Source: Octopus sinensis (lineage: Eukaryota). Taken from it: a DNA stretch of 64,000 nucleotides. Where the stretch lies: the NCBI RefSeq assembly GCF_006345805.1, contig NC_042998.1, positions 63,736,001-63,800,000 on the forward strand, written 5' to 3'. Below, piece after piece: positions 13,286 to 28,043 of this stretch (within the stretch, counting starts at the first letter, position 1; each line of letters begins with the position of its first letter). The position numbers and the translations under genes were made by a program. Below the pieces are notes generated by a model that saw only the letters and a program-made list of their open reading frames with translations, did no database searches and was not told the origin of the DNA.

Positions 13286-14219
13286 ATATATATACACAGA
13301 AGTGCAGAAATTGTGTTAAAATTTACTACAGTTGTCTCTGTAGAATTTTATCAACAAACTAGTAATTTTGAATTTCAATTTCTGTTCTTTTTATGCCTAC
13401 GCCAAACATGGAACTAACTCTCAGTTGGATTTATGGTGTATATTGCATTTGATAAATACATACATACATACATACATACATACATACATACCTGTTGTAA
13501 ACTCCCAACACATAATAACTCATTATTGTTTCATCTCGCCGTGAGCGCAAATTAATCTTACCTAATTAGCCTTGGCGTCGTATATTTATATACGTCTTAG
13601 AGAGTAATATGTGCAAAAGCATCACGTTATATATATATTTTTCCAGTTTTCCAGTTTGTGTCTATATACGTGTCAAATATTCTCACTCATTTATATGCTA
13701 CGATACTGTTTTAACCATTCATAAAATTGAGATCGTTGTATAATACATAAACATAGACAATTATGTTTATTTACATTATTCCTCAGTTACGGCTACTCAC
13801 ATTTTAAAGAGGAGCCATTACTTGACAAGCACAGTGATGCTGATTGGATGTGGGAGCGTTCCTATCCATTTCAAGCTAAGCATTTTCTTGTAAATTGATA
13901 TTATATGCACTTACAAATCAGTACCGTAAGCTGTAAGGGTCACTTTCAATGTGAGTGTGTTAGATAGGTAGCTAGAAAACAATCGCACATCTTGTAGTCA
14001 CATGTATTCTTATTATGTTATTGGTTGTTTCAAAGCATATTCTTTGCATCGTTATTTAGATAATGATTTCCCAAATATTCAACTGTGTCAAGCATCTAGT
14101 GCAACAACTACTTACGATATTTGAGTCAATGTCTCACCTTATAACTCAGCAATGTTTTAAGTGTTTATATACTTCAAATATCTATTTATCTGCACATGTA
14201 TATGTATATACGTATATAT

Positions 14220-14279
<60 letters not shown>

Positions 14280-15535
14280 GATACACTTTAGAAATAGTGT
14301 TGCCTCCGAATCTATTACTTCGCATTAATTCAGCTTAAATTTCAGTCTCTGTGACGCTTCTGATGACTGCATTCTCACTGACCGCTGGCGGCTAGCAATT
14401 CATGTAAATTCTATTTAAAATGAATAATTTCTGAAGTTATATTGCTACCACTTTCTACTACTGTGAGAAATACCTCGTTGAGATATACTACATTATTGTT
14501 AATGATATGTCATTAATTGAGCGTTTCAAATTCTTCTGTATTTTGTTATATCGACTGTAGACTATTTTTTATATAAAAAGATATCTGTTCACATCTGAAC
14601 AGTGTTAGACTATTAGTTTTCGTTATCTACGGTCTCAGTGCTATTTTTTAACGTGTAACCTTTTATCAGTGTTCTTTCCACATGTCTAATCTTAAATGCA
14701 ATCTTAATTACATTAACCGAAAGAAACTGCATTATCATCTATATTCCTATATATTATGCAATCAAGCATACAATTCTCTTTAAATATTTGTGTAAACAAG
14801 TGATCCTTAGTTAAATTTGTATGGTAATTTCCAAAGAAGGTGAGGAATTATATTGGATGGCTTGTCCATATTTTCATCGACAGAAAACAGTTTTGGAAAA
14901 TGATGCTTAAATATAAGTACTGTTGCTGGTTTAAGGGGTTTCATTCTTCTGAGTAACCAAAACCTCTCCATAATAGTCCAAGCCCTCATAGCATTCCTAA
15001 CGCCCGGTAATGATACATTTCAATTTGTGACTCTCCTGTATGCTCACATGCACTTGGCTAAAAGGCAGGCTAAGAGCAGCTTAAGACAGAGCTGGAAAAG
15101 TATTGCAAAAATCATCACAAAATATCACGATATATATATCGTATAATACTATTTCAGTATTTCAGTAGCATAAACTGAGTTTATTACAACCCTGCATGCA
15201 TTCTACACTATCACCGAAGATATAAATAGTTCGCTGTATATCCAGGTATATGTCATTAACAAGGTAAATCGAGGCCGATAATTTATCTGGCATTCCAATG
15301 AGTTACCACTGATACGAACCAATTGCTAAATTTCTATTACCGCAACATGCATATGTGTAACTTTCTCGCAGAAAACATACACATCAGGTCACTCAAAGGT
15401 GTTTATCCGTTAGGAAGGTACAAGGGTGGCTATTATATATCGTATTGAGCAAGATGATTCATATTACTATCGTTTTCACAGTTCCGATCACATTTCCCTT
15501 TGAACACAATGTGTGTGTGTCTGTGCGTCTCCCTT

Positions 15536-15573
<38 letters not shown>

Positions 15574-16179
15574 TAAACCGGTTAGATTAGCAAGTTTCAC
15601 CCAACTTCGTAACTTTCATTTACATACAGTTCATCTTCAAAGATAATTCTGTATATGATGTAAGCTTAAACCTCTAATGTCAATGTCTGCTAATGAAGAA
15701 GAGAGGCATTAAATTATATTGCAACATCTAATGTTTTGCCGAGTTAAATATCACATCATCTAATATTTATTTTCATTTATATAACTTACATACGAGTGTA
15801 AATCAAATAAAAAAAATCAACTCAGTTAAATGATAACGAAAAACAATAAAGATATCAAATACACAAGTAATGAAAAATGTAAAATAAATACTTTTATTTC
15901 GAATACTAACAGCTTAGTAATATCAGTTCATCATGATATTAAATATCTCACGTAAAATATGAAATAAACGTATTCATTAGCGGTTTATACTAATATATCT
16001 TTTACTTAGAAGATATACAAGTATATAAATTACTTTGAAGTGAAAACAGTGCATATGACCTTTGATAGGGCTTCGGAAATTAGTATTAAAAAGGTGAAGG
16101 AGAAACGTAATGTTACATCGGAGTCTTCGCTCGAATGCTTCCAACGGAATAAACTCTGCTAAATGCATCTAGGATGACT

Positions 16180-16295
16180 AGGTTCCGGGTTCAGTCCCAC
16201 TGCGTGGTACCTTGTGCACTATAGCTTCGGGCCGACCAAAGCCTTGTGAGTGGTTTCGGTAGACGGAAACTGAAAGAAACCCCTCATATCTATCC

Positions 16296-16363
<68 letters not shown>

Positions 16364-16364
16364 G

Positions 16365-16429
<65 letters not shown>

Positions 16430-16436
16430 ATGTATA

Positions 16437-16481
<45 letters not shown>

Positions 16482-16492
16482 TATATATATAG

Positions 16493-16535
<43 letters not shown>

Positions 16536-16697
16536 TGTGTCTGTGCTGGTTCACCCAACGTCGCTTGACAACCGATGCTGGTGTGTTTACCTTCCCATAA
16601 CTTATCGTTTCGGCAAAAGGGACCGATAGAATAAGTACTAGGCTCACAGAAAATAAATCCTGGGGTCGCTTTGCTCAACTGAAACAATTAAAAGAGT
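16180..16697 (+). mobile_element. SINE family A, bipartite, with internal (ATCT)n(TA)n(TG)n
   Basis: 5' part ggttcagtcccactgcgtgg..; 3' part cgcttgacaaccgatgctggtgtgtttac..gaataagtactagg. Confidence 0.8.
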
Positions 16698-16899
16698 CTG
16701 ACAGGCGATGGAGTTAAACAAGGCGAAAGATTAAACGTAGGCAATTTGAACTCAGAACTTAACGCGTGCCATCTACACTGACATGCACTCAGTTCCACCA
16801 CTGTACCGACCTAGCTCTGATTTGAATAAATTGTAAGAAAGGATTAAATTCAAAATCGACCTCGGTGAGACTTTCCCTTGGAGGAGAGATGGATGCTAC

Positions 16900-17110
16900 T
16901 AATATTTTTGCAGAAGGCAAGCAATTTCAGGAGGGTGTGAGATAAATCGATTACATCGACCCCATTTTTCAACTGGTACTTCTTTTGCATTTTTATCTAA
17001 CCAGAGTGGATGAAAAGTAAAGACGACCTCGTCGGAATTTCATCTGAGAAGGTAAAGACGAACGAAACGCCATGAAGCATTTAGTCCGGCGTGCAAACGA
17101 CTCTGCCTCT
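16900..17110 (-). mobile_element. SINE family B
   Basis: Reverse-complement similarity to 60593-60800 (ctggtact..gatgaaaagtaaagacgacctcgtcggaattt). Confidence 0.7.
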
Positions 17111-17130
17111 TTAGAGTTGGAACTAATATT

Positions 17131-17262
17131 CTTTTCTATCTTGGCACAAGGCCCGAAATTTTTTGGGAGGCGAGTTAGTCGATTAGATCTACCCCAGTAT
17201 ACAACTGGTACTTAATTTATCGACCCCGAAAAGATGAAAGATAAAGTCGACCTGGGCGGAAA
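17131..17262 (-). mobile_element. 5'-truncated SINE family B with 18-bp TSD
   Basis: agagttggaactaatatt at 17113-17130 and 17263-17280. Confidence 0.85.
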
Positions 17263-17740
17263 AGAGTTGGAACTAATATTGCCAGGCATTCTGCCTCATG
17301 TTTAAACAATTGTATCAGATATAGTTTATCTGCTCAAATTATATCTGGTTATTTGTTGCCTTCTTCAGATGCAATATTGTGCACCATTTAAATGTTTGTG
17401 TGTATGTGTGTACGTACAAATTTTAATACCTCGTAGTATTTTTCAAATACAATACTATGATGCAATTGTGAAACATTTAATGTTTCCTTAACACAACGTT
17501 GCTAAAAGTGAATGGTAGAAAAACCAACAACGTTGACTATTTTGCAATGGAAGCTTATTTAATCCCATATGTATATTTGTCAATATTAGGGTTGACATAG
17601 TAAACATGCAATACATGTAATTCATATTTCTGGGAGTGAAAATATTTCCACATAAAGCCTCCATTGAATTTAATATAGTATTTGAAAAATGCCACCGATA
17701 TCTATAATATAGGAATTAAATGTACAATAGTACCTAAGTA

Positions 17741-18438
17741 TATAATGGTTGTATACTGTCAATCTAACAAGAACGTGGCAGTAGGGGGTACACCACCGTT
17801 ATATAGCCCTAGGAGGCATCGAACTCCTCCTGACAGCTTCGACACATTTTATCCTGTGTCCTTATATACACATACGAAGGGGAGACAAACACCCCCAACT
17901 GCCGGAACTGCATCTAGGGACACCGTGTTTCAGGATCATTGTCCTTCATCGGCCTAGAGTAGCAGACACCGGTCAGCTGGCGATGTCTGTCTCGACTTCG
18001 TATCTGTATATATCTATAGTCAGTGAAGTCTATTCACTGATTATCAAAATAAGAAATATTGAGTTTCTAAATCTCTCGTAGAGAGGTGTACGGTGGTGGA
18101 GCGATATAATGGTTGTATACTGTCAATCTAACAAGAACGTGACAGTAGGGGGTACACCACCGTTATATAGCCCTAGGAGGCATCGAACGCCTGAAACATA
18201 GTGTCCCTAGATGCAGTTCCGGCAGTTGGGGGTGTTTGTCTCCCCTTCGTATGTGTATATAAGGACACAGGATAAAATGTGTCGAAGCTGTCAGGAGGCG
18301 TTCGATGCCTCCTAGGGCTATATAACGGTGGTGTACCCCCTACTGTCACGTTCTTGTTAGATTGACAGTATACAACCATTATATCGCTCCACCACCGTAC
18401 ACCTCTCTACGAGAGATTTAGAAACTCAATATTTATAA
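17741..18438. mobile_element. Hammerhead-bearing non-coding retroelement (364 bp unit, partial tandem plus inversion, 10-bp TSD)
   Basis: Direct repeat at 17740/18104; inverted arms 18054-18192 and 18296-18434; TSD tacctaagta at 17731-17740 and 18439-18448. Confidence 0.85.
17913..17958 (-). ncRNA. Type I hammerhead ribozyme motif (U4C variant)
   Basis: Minus strand: tctagg-CCGATGA-agga-caatga-tcct-GAAA-cac-g-gtg-TC-cctaga; stems I, II and III all pair. Confidence 0.8.
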
Positions 18439-18724
18439 TACCTAAGTAATTTCATGAAAAATACTCCTCTGAGTTATACCGGCAAAGTTTATTTCAGCGT
18501 AAGATTTTGACCCGAGGCTGAAAACATATTAGCTTTTGATATTTATCATAAACTACTTGAGGTAGCTATTCCTCAATTTATTTGTATTCACATAAAATTC
18601 ATAACAAAATATATGTATTGTGTTTGGAAAGTGAATTTTATTACTTAAATACGAAGAAAATGCACACAAAGTTACAGAGTGCATAAGTACAGAATGTTCA
18701 CTGCATTTATTAGCAGCAACAATG

Positions 18725-18825
<101 letters not shown>

Positions 18826-18992
18826 GGATCTATAGATAGATATAGATATAGGTATAGTCATAGATATATATAATTATATATATCTGAATGCGTGATAGGT
18901 GAACCGCGAGATAGCGAGCGATTACTGTATATATATATATATATATTATATATATATATATATCTATCTATCTATCTATATATCTATCTATA

Positions 18993-19039
<47 letters not shown>

Positions 19040-19460
19040 AAATTTGCTATAATACGCTCGTGTCTGCTCAGTGCCGTTTTGTGGAATAAAACACCTATTG
19101 AATCTATTCCTGCAAGTGAAATGGGACACCAGTATTATACACCTACCACAAATTTCAAACCATGATCGGTAAATGTAATACCATTTGGAATATACTCATT
19201 GTGATGTATCCTCGATTTTCTATAGCAGATTTCTGACAACAATTTGTCGATTTAAAGTGACGTTAGCAATAATTGCTTGTTGCAGATTGTCTAAGATAGC
19301 TGACAATTGCATACATTCCACAGATGCATCAGAATCAGATAATACGATGAAAATCTATTCAAACCTGCACCCAGATGTATTTCCTCATTCCAGACGGAGT
19401 TTCTTTTCACATACCTCATTCTATTCTGAGAGGAAATGAGAAATAAGGTGTGTGCATATC

Positions 19461-19548
<88 letters not shown>

Positions 19549-19722
19549 ACGTGTGTGTGCACGTGTGTGTATGTGTATGTGTACATGTAATACATATCAA
19601 TATATATGTATCATTGTGATTATACGAATACATTTGGTAAATACTTTCTTATCTCTCTGTCTGTTGTTTGTCTCTCGTCTATCAACCTACCTGTCTATCT
19701 ATCTAAGTGCGTGTGTTTGTGC

Positions 19723-19756
<34 letters not shown>

Positions 19757-20002
19757 ATATATATATATACTATATATATATATATATAAAACATTATTGG
19801 TGAATTGAAGAAATGGAGCTGAACGCATTTCTTCAATTCACCAATAATGTTTTAATTTCAATTATCCGCACCAACGCACGGTTGCAACGCCAGATGGTTG
19901 TACCTCCAACCGTGCTGTTTACTGCTGTGATTTTTGCTACTAAGGTATCGGTTAAACTTTTGATTATCTACTACAAGATTATTCATCTTTCTATTTCACA
20001 TA

Positions 20003-20051
<49 letters not shown>

Positions 20052-22039
20052 TGTATGTGCGTGTGTGAGTTTGTGTGTATGTGCAAAACCATGTATGTCG
20101 TTCCTATATGTATGCAAATATATATATACATGTGTGCGTGTCTGCATGCATAGTGAGAGAGGCAGATAGTGAGATAAAGAGATATATACTTATATATAGA
20201 TGTGTATCTATGCACCTATGCGGTGTTTGTGTACGACTAGTACACTAGGCTAGTAAGCGTAGAACTACTTTGATTATCTTTCTGTGTATGTGTTTCTTAG
20301 TTTCAAAGTGTTCTTCATTTTATAGATAAGCATTCTTTAAAACTCTGTTTCGAAATAATATTTTCTATAATATTTATATTCGTCAGGTAAAAAAAAAAAT
20401 TATTGTTAGAAATTAAAAATTTAAATTACAAGCGAAATAGATATAAATATATAGCAAACACCAATCGATAGAGATATCGAAAAAAAATGCAGGATATCAA
20501 AAATAGAATAATATTCTGTTTTTTAATTTCTTTCGTTTCAGAGTAAAATACACATATATTTCGAAATCTATTCAAAATATTATTACTAGAATAAATTAAA
20601 TACAAAATCATATATATATATATAACTATTAACCATTAGTATAACAAAATTTCAAATCGTGTTTCAATCACCACACCTGTCAGTCTATAGAAAATATTTT
20701 GGAATTAATGAGCATAGAAATTAGCTCCGGGAGCTTCAAGTAACGTATGTGATTGTACTTCTTAAATAGTTGCAGCACAATAAAGTTAATATCAAAATAA
20801 AAATTAAAAAAAAACGAATAATTAAATAAAGAAAGAAAAAAATTCTAACAAAACTACTGACTCTGCTATTAAAATATCTTGACGGGACACAGCGTAATGA
20901 TGTTTGCTTCCGGGCATAAAGAGTGGCTGAGCTAATGTTGCCATGTTCAATGTAATGTTACAGAATCTGTAATGTTTTCTGTGCGTGTGTGTGTATGTAT
21001 AGTGAGCGGTTTTTACATGTTTCCTTCCAAATTATAGACACCCCATGCTGGGGCATATACATATTACATAACACATATACATCTGTTTTGTAAAATTATA
21101 TATGCAGATGCATTTTGTTTTACCTTTGTTTGGTTTAATGTTTCAACGCACATACAAATATTTCTGAACATATAATATGTATGTATGTAAATATGTATGT
21201 ACGTATGTATATGTATTATATATGTATCTATCTATCAACCTATATATATATGCGTGTGTGTGCGCATGTGCGTATGTGTGTATGTATGTGTGTATATATA
21301 CACTCACACCCACACCCACACACATATATAAACATACAGACACACATACATATATACATAATATACATAAGTATGCATGCTACTACTACTACTACTACTA
21401 CCACTACCACTGTTGCTGCTGCTGCTGCTGCTGATGATGATGATGATGTTGACGATGTTGACGATGATGTTACGACCACTAACTGTGCTTTTTGCCAACA
21501 GAGTATAATTTGAATCTTTGAATGCAATTTGACAATAATCTACTCCATCTTTATATTTACTTTTTTGCCTAAATATTATTTTTATTGCTCATCTGCATTA
21601 GCATCTCATGAACGATAAATTGCTGATCTGTTCGTTGGATTTGGTGTTTGTATCTCAAAATGTGTGTCTATGGGTGTGTTTGCTTGTGCATATGTGCTCG
21701 TGTATATGTGACTGCTTGTGTATATGTGACTGCATATGTTTAAATGTGCATGAACGTATTTCTTTGTGCGTGTGTAAAGTTGTGCTTATGCCTGTTTGGA
21801 CCAATTTCTTTCCCTCTTATCGTCTCTAAGTATGTATGTATCTAGATATGTGTGAGCAAAGTAAATTGCATGAATGCATCTTTCCGCGTACGCCAATCCA
21901 TTTGATATGCTTGGTTGGTTATACATCTGTATGTATGTCAACATGTCTAAGTGTTTTGAAAACGCGAATGCGTATTTGTGCGCATTCATACAGAGTATGC
22001 ATATGTGCACGTGTGAGTCTGTGTGTCAGACTTTTGTAA

Positions 22040-22700
22040 TAGCTTTACCAGACACTCTTGTAATAGCTCTACTGGACACTCTCATCTGATTTCCTATATA
22101 TTTCCCCAATGACCCAAGAATAGTTAGCAATAACTTCGCCTTCGTTTTCCATAGATGTACATATATTTCATACTTAAGAAGATTGTATTCATCAAGTTCT
22201 TCGACTTCTTGAATATTCGTGGGTCAAAGGGACACACAACATCAATTATAAAGCACAGGTTGTATATCTTGACCATTGCAACTGTGTCCAGCCTGTTATA
22301 CTCTACCACCTGATCTGTTTGGATTGGGAAATCCAAGAGTATTTAGCAAGTCTCTGACTCCGCCACTCTCAGTGCTTTTTGATCATACAACGTCTTGCTT
22401 CTCTGTTGCCCCAACTCTTCGCTCAACTTCCAGTGTAGTACTTTCGCTACCTCATCGTGATGCCACAGCTTGCTTATTCCAAAGGTTGACCATCTTATTC
22501 GTGACCAAAGCTTGGTCTTGCGCTTCCAATACAGTCGTTTCAGTCTCTTTTTTCAGTGTTCATTTCTTCAGCCAATCCCACCTATGTTTTCCAGCAACTC
22601 CAGTTATGTTTACATGGAACTGATTGAGAAGTCCCTTGTTGCGTAATGCTTCGTATTGTCGTTTTTGTACTTGTCTTGTTTTTCTTTTCTGTTTTCTCTG
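22040..22700 (-). mobile_element. R4/Dong LINE fragment, degenerate
   Basis: LKKETETTVLEAQDQAL, HHDEVAKVLHWKL, DFPIQTD..CFIIDVVCPFDPRI. Confidence 0.75.
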
Positions 22701-23499
22701 CTTTCGTTTGGAGGATAAAACTGATCACATTGACCCCAATGCTGAATTTGTATTTATGTTACCGTACCCGAAACGATAAATACAATCTCGATCTTGGCAG
22801 AGTGTAAACTCTGCTGAATTCTGGCGTGCTAACCATTCTGCTATCTCACTATCTCTCCACCTTCCTCGAATTCCTATTAAACACTCGAATCATGAACTAC
22901 TTCGAATGTGAAATATTCGTTTGTCCACACCAAAGCATGAAGTTTAATAGGAAAAATATTAGTTCATTTTAAGAACTAAGCAACTAAAATATATTTATCT
23001 CAATTCCATATTAAACTATAGCAATAGTGTAACGACAAATACGAAATTATATGCTGCACAATTGGGTTATATCTCACAATTTCCAATTTATTGAGTTTTA
23101 ACTATATTATTTACAACCCATCTTTTCAAGCTTAAATACTCTCAGGCAAACTATCGTTCGATGTAAAGTTTAAACGACAACTTGTGTTAAGAAGTAATGC
23201 TTGAAGTTTGGGACGAATATGATATAAAATCGAAATAACAAAATTATAAACTATTAATAAAAGAGAGATATTAAATTAGGGGAGACATTATTTCACATCG
23301 TAGAATATTTGTAGAGTTGGCGACTTGTATGTATGACATGCTAATACGTACATACATATATATATATGTGCGTGCGTGTGTGTGTACGTATCTATGTATA
23401 TATTTGTGCGTGTGTGTGGGTGTATATATATATAACCATATACGTATGTATGTATATACGAACACATACACACACACACACACGCATACACACATACAC

Positions 23500-24709
23500 A
23501 TTGGGTTGGCAACTAAGATACGTTTTTTTTTTTATATTTTGGAATTTATTGCGTTTTAAAATTTTGTAATCTATTTTTGGGGAGAATTCTATTTTTGAAT
23601 CCTTTTGGAATCCATTTTTTTGTTTAATTTTAGATCATTAAAATGGAATGTCAAGTTAAGAAAAACAAGCATTTTCGACACCTTCGTTTTGCTTTTAATC
23701 AAGGTTCTCACGCTGCAATATGTGTGCTGTACATGGAGAGGGTGCCATCGCTGAAAGAACTGCTCGTGATTGGTATGCCAAGTTCAAAAATGAAAATTTT
23801 GATCTCAAAGACGCACCTCGTTCTGGCTGTCCAGCTGAGTTCGATGCATAGCGATTAAACCAACTTCAACTTTTGCACGAAAATTCTCGTCAAACGCCAA
23901 GGGAACTGGCAGAATAAATGGAATGCTTCCACACTGCTATAGAAAAGGTCCAGAAAAATGGAGCACGGGTTCCGCATGCTTTAAGTAACAACAACAAAAG
24001 TCAACGAACCACAGTCTTCGCTGGTTTGCTTGCTCGTCACCGCTCAACTCACGGGCACAAGTAACGATTTCTTTCCCGAATAGTTACTGGCGATGAAAAA
24101 TGGTGCCTGTACATCAATATGAAGCAGCGTAAGGAATGGCTCAGCCTCGGTAAACAAGATTTTCATCCACGTAAAACGATGTTGTGCATAGGCGGGACTG
24201 GGAAGGGATTATCCATTACGAATTGCATGAACGGAACCAAATGGTCAACGCGGAACTCTAAGTTCAACAGCTGGAAGGACTCAACACGGCTATTCAAGAG
24301 AAATGACCTAATCGTCAGCATGGAGTTCTTCTGCTGCACGACAACGCTCGCCCTTATATCGCCAATATGACAAAGGAAGCCATTCAAATGCATGGCTGGG
24401 AAGTGCTGCAACACCTGCCGTACTCTCCTGATTTGGCGCCAATGGATTTCCACCTCTTTCGATCTCTTTCAAATGTTTGCGCGGTGTTTCGTTCAATACT
24501 AATGCAGAATTGAGAGTTTCCTTGGATCAATTTTCCGAGTCGAAACCGGGTGATTTCTACCATCGAGATAGAAAATCTTGTTGAACGTTAGGAAGAAGTT
24601 GATAACAACAAGGGTAAATACATTATTGATTAATTAGTTGTTATTCTTTATTATACATTTAAAAAAATGTATATTAAAAAAAGCGGCGGGAACTTAGTTG
24701 TCAACCCTA
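23500..24709 (+). mobile_element. Mariner (DD34D) DNA transposon, inactivated
   Basis: TIRs ttgggttggcaactaag and cttagttgtcaaccct; RVPHAL (WVPHEL), IVTGDEKW, LLHDNARP, PYSPDLAPMDFHLF; multiple frameshifts. Confidence 0.93.
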
Positions 24710-24721
24710 TATATATGTATG

Positions 24722-24757
<36 letters not shown>

Positions 24758-24899
24758 CGCCCAACAAGCGAGATCCAAAGATAATCTTTCAGAAGAAAAG
24801 TGTTAAAAGAATAACAAAACAAAATGCAGAAAGAAAACACTCGTAGTCTGACCTTAAAAACCTCTACTACCAATAAATGAAATTAATCAAAACACTCGT

Positions 24900-27215
24900 G
24901 TCCACAAAGATGTGAATGATGCTGGAACGTCCCTCGTCCGCTGGGGTGAGCAACGCAGTGCTTGAAGTCATCATAATTCTGCTAGAATGAAATTAATTAA
25001 GGTAGTAAACAGTGCTCTAATGGAGTGTTATTTTAGAAGCAAGCCTATAATGGAAAAATGGCGTTTCAATTAGAGTACATACTAGAGGTCAATTAGAGGA
25101 CGATACTACGAATATTGGAGTAGATAGGGTCCTTTGACTCCAGTGTACAGAGTAGTTGTAATCAGTCAAGGGCAATACACAAAAGCAGATGGCAATCTGA
25201 GATGAAGTGTGAAATGATAAAAAAAGACAAACCAGCAGAGTTTGGAGGATAAGAAGTTTATATTGTGGATAGAGATTCTGGACGATATTGGAGATTCAAA
25301 GAGAGATGAAATTGTGGGAAATGATGGCATCAAACAGAAGCCGCGGAACTGAATGCTCGAGATAATGCGGGAGGTGACTTTGGCAATCAATGAACTGAAA
25401 GATATATCGGAAAAAGACAGGTGAATGATTACCGATATACTGGAAATTTCTAAATCAGGAGGCAGTAATCCAAACAAGTTTAGAAAAGGAAACCAACGTC
25501 AGCTAGAAGTATCTAACAATGTAAACCACATCGTTAACAAGTTGCCAACTAGAAAGACCCCAGTAACCAACGATCTCATCGGCGCTCCAAGTCGTTACAT
25601 TACAAATGAAGCAGATCTAAAACAGACTACACACAAGAAGATCAAGGAATCATTGTGGAAAAGGAGAATCGAGGGGGATGTCAAAATGCGTAGAAAACAT
25701 ATTGATATTGTTGAAAGGGAAAAACTAGCTGAATTAAAAAGATAGAAAAACTGACAGGTATGTCAAATATCAGGAGAATGAAGTTTACTACTGTAAATGA
25801 AGATCTGAAACAAAGGGTACTTTCCAATGCTGCAAAGAACAAGAGGTAGGAACAACGGGTCACGAGATAGCAACAGAATGTACGTTTCCAACAAAATCAG
25901 AAGAGTTTATATCAAGAGATGAATGACATGTTTAGGAGTGATGATGCCATCCCTGAGAGAGATGGAAGTCAGAAGTTTTGGATTGATATAAAAAAAGACA
26001 TTAGGGATAGTCATTGGGAAGTATTAGAGATAACATCTGATATGATAACTATCCAGTGTAGAAACATGCCTGGATCTTCTACCGTAAGAGTTATGACACT
26101 GTGCCACATTGTTGGATAGAGGAATGTTTGGAAATGTGTGGCATTGTAACTCAGAGTTTCTGGTGAGCTGTATGGCTGTTTGGAAGACTGATCTGACATC
26201 ATATTGACTGAAACTGGGAGTTGTGAACATCAAGACAGGAATATTCTAAGGAGACAGTCTTTCACCTTTGCTGTTTTTATCGTATATGATTCCATATTTA
26301 TTAGTGTTGAGAAGGGTAACTGCTGATTACGAATAGAGAGCAGGGCACGAATTTATGATAAACCAACTATAGTTAATGTCTGACCTAAAACTCTTACGGA
26401 AGAGAAGCTATAAACAGATTCATTTCCACGTAGAGAGACTTCATACATTCAGCAAGGACACGGGAATGGAGTTTCGCATATAAATATGTGTAGGATGCTA
26501 CTACTTAAGAGAGGTATAATTGGTGATCTGTAAGGGATTATGTTACCAGACGGGCAAGTTATGAAGGAACTTGGCGACAACAGGTATAAGTACTTAGTCA
26601 TCCTGGAAACCGTCTAACTGAAAGAGAAGCACATGACTGAGCTGCTATAAAAAGAATGCAATCTGAGAGAGAAATTGGTATTAAAGACAGAATGGTAGGA
26701 GTAAGATACTCTATGTCAACACATGGGCCATTGCAGCTCTAAGTTAGAGTGTTGGTCAGATAGAGTGGAGACGTGATGAATATAGGAAGAAAAGACTAGG
26801 AAAGAGATGACGCCAAAAGGGTTCTAAACTCCAAAAGAGACGTGGACAGCTGGTATCTATCACGGCACATGAAAGTGTGTAATTGGAGCAGTATCGGGAG
26901 CTGAAGTGGGAAATTAGGAAACTATGGAGAATCAAACATGAAGAAGTGGTGCCGATTGTGGTTAACGACTGGAAGCAGTCAGTAAAAGATTGGATGCATG
27001 GGTTGAGAAGGTAGAAATTATCATCAGAACGAGGCTGTTTCAGAAAACTGCGTTGTTAGGAACATCAATGTTTCCAGAGAAGGTGTTAAGAAGATCAAAG
27101 ATATTTGGCCATTTGGACAGGGCTCGCTCTTTTGGTATACTGTCGGTATAATAACTGCCAGAGAAAAAGCGTCATTGAAAATGATAAGAGAAATAACAAC
27201 AACAATAATAATAAT
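24900..27215 (+). mobile_element. R4/Dong LINE, long and heavily decayed, with internal deletions
   Basis: [64 protein letters not shown]; ends in AAC/AAT repeats. Confidence 0.8.
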
Positions 27216-27242
27216 GTTCATATTTTATATTATCAATAATAT

Positions 27243-27310
<68 letters not shown>

Positions 27311-27396
27311 ATATATGTGTGTGTGTGTGTTCATATATATATATATATATACATATACACATGTATGCATATATACCTATATATATATATATGCGT

Positions 27397-27427
<31 letters not shown>

Positions 27428-27850
27428 CACTCACTTACACTCACACGCTCACATATGCAAAGAAGGAAAGTAGTGAGACTAACGTGGTCCAGCTAAGCAC
27501 GCTCATTTCTCAATTACTCATGACAATAGGCACGATATTCGATAACTGGTATTTCTGTCAGAAAGGCGAGGTTCGAAAATATCATTCTTAGGAAATTTAT
27601 GTTTGAATGTATATATACATGTATGTACAAACGTACACACCCGCCCACATACACACACACACACACATACACACACACACATATTAGACACATGCGGAAA
27701 TGCCTATTGATGAAAATATATAAATACAAAAATTTATCTAAAAATTTGATGCAGTGAAAATATTTAAATTCATAAACATGTGAACAGATGAAACATTTTT
27801 AAATAAGAAACTATAAATACACATACACACACACACATACATACTAACAC

Positions 27851-27895
<45 letters not shown>

Positions 27896-27928
27896 ATATA
27901 TATGCGTACACCACACACACACACATAT

Positions 27929-27959
<31 letters not shown>

Positions 27960-28001
27960 GTATGTATATATATGTGTGTGTGTGTGTTCATATATATATA
28001 T

Positions 28002-28043
<42 letters not shown>

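Noticed and set aside
17682-18379. Twin ORFs MVVYCQSNKNV.. on opposite strands
   Set aside because: By-product of the inverted duplication; no protein features
27290-28010. Repeated compound microsatellite blocks in permuted order
   Set aside because: Low complexity; slippage or assembly artefact cannot be excluded
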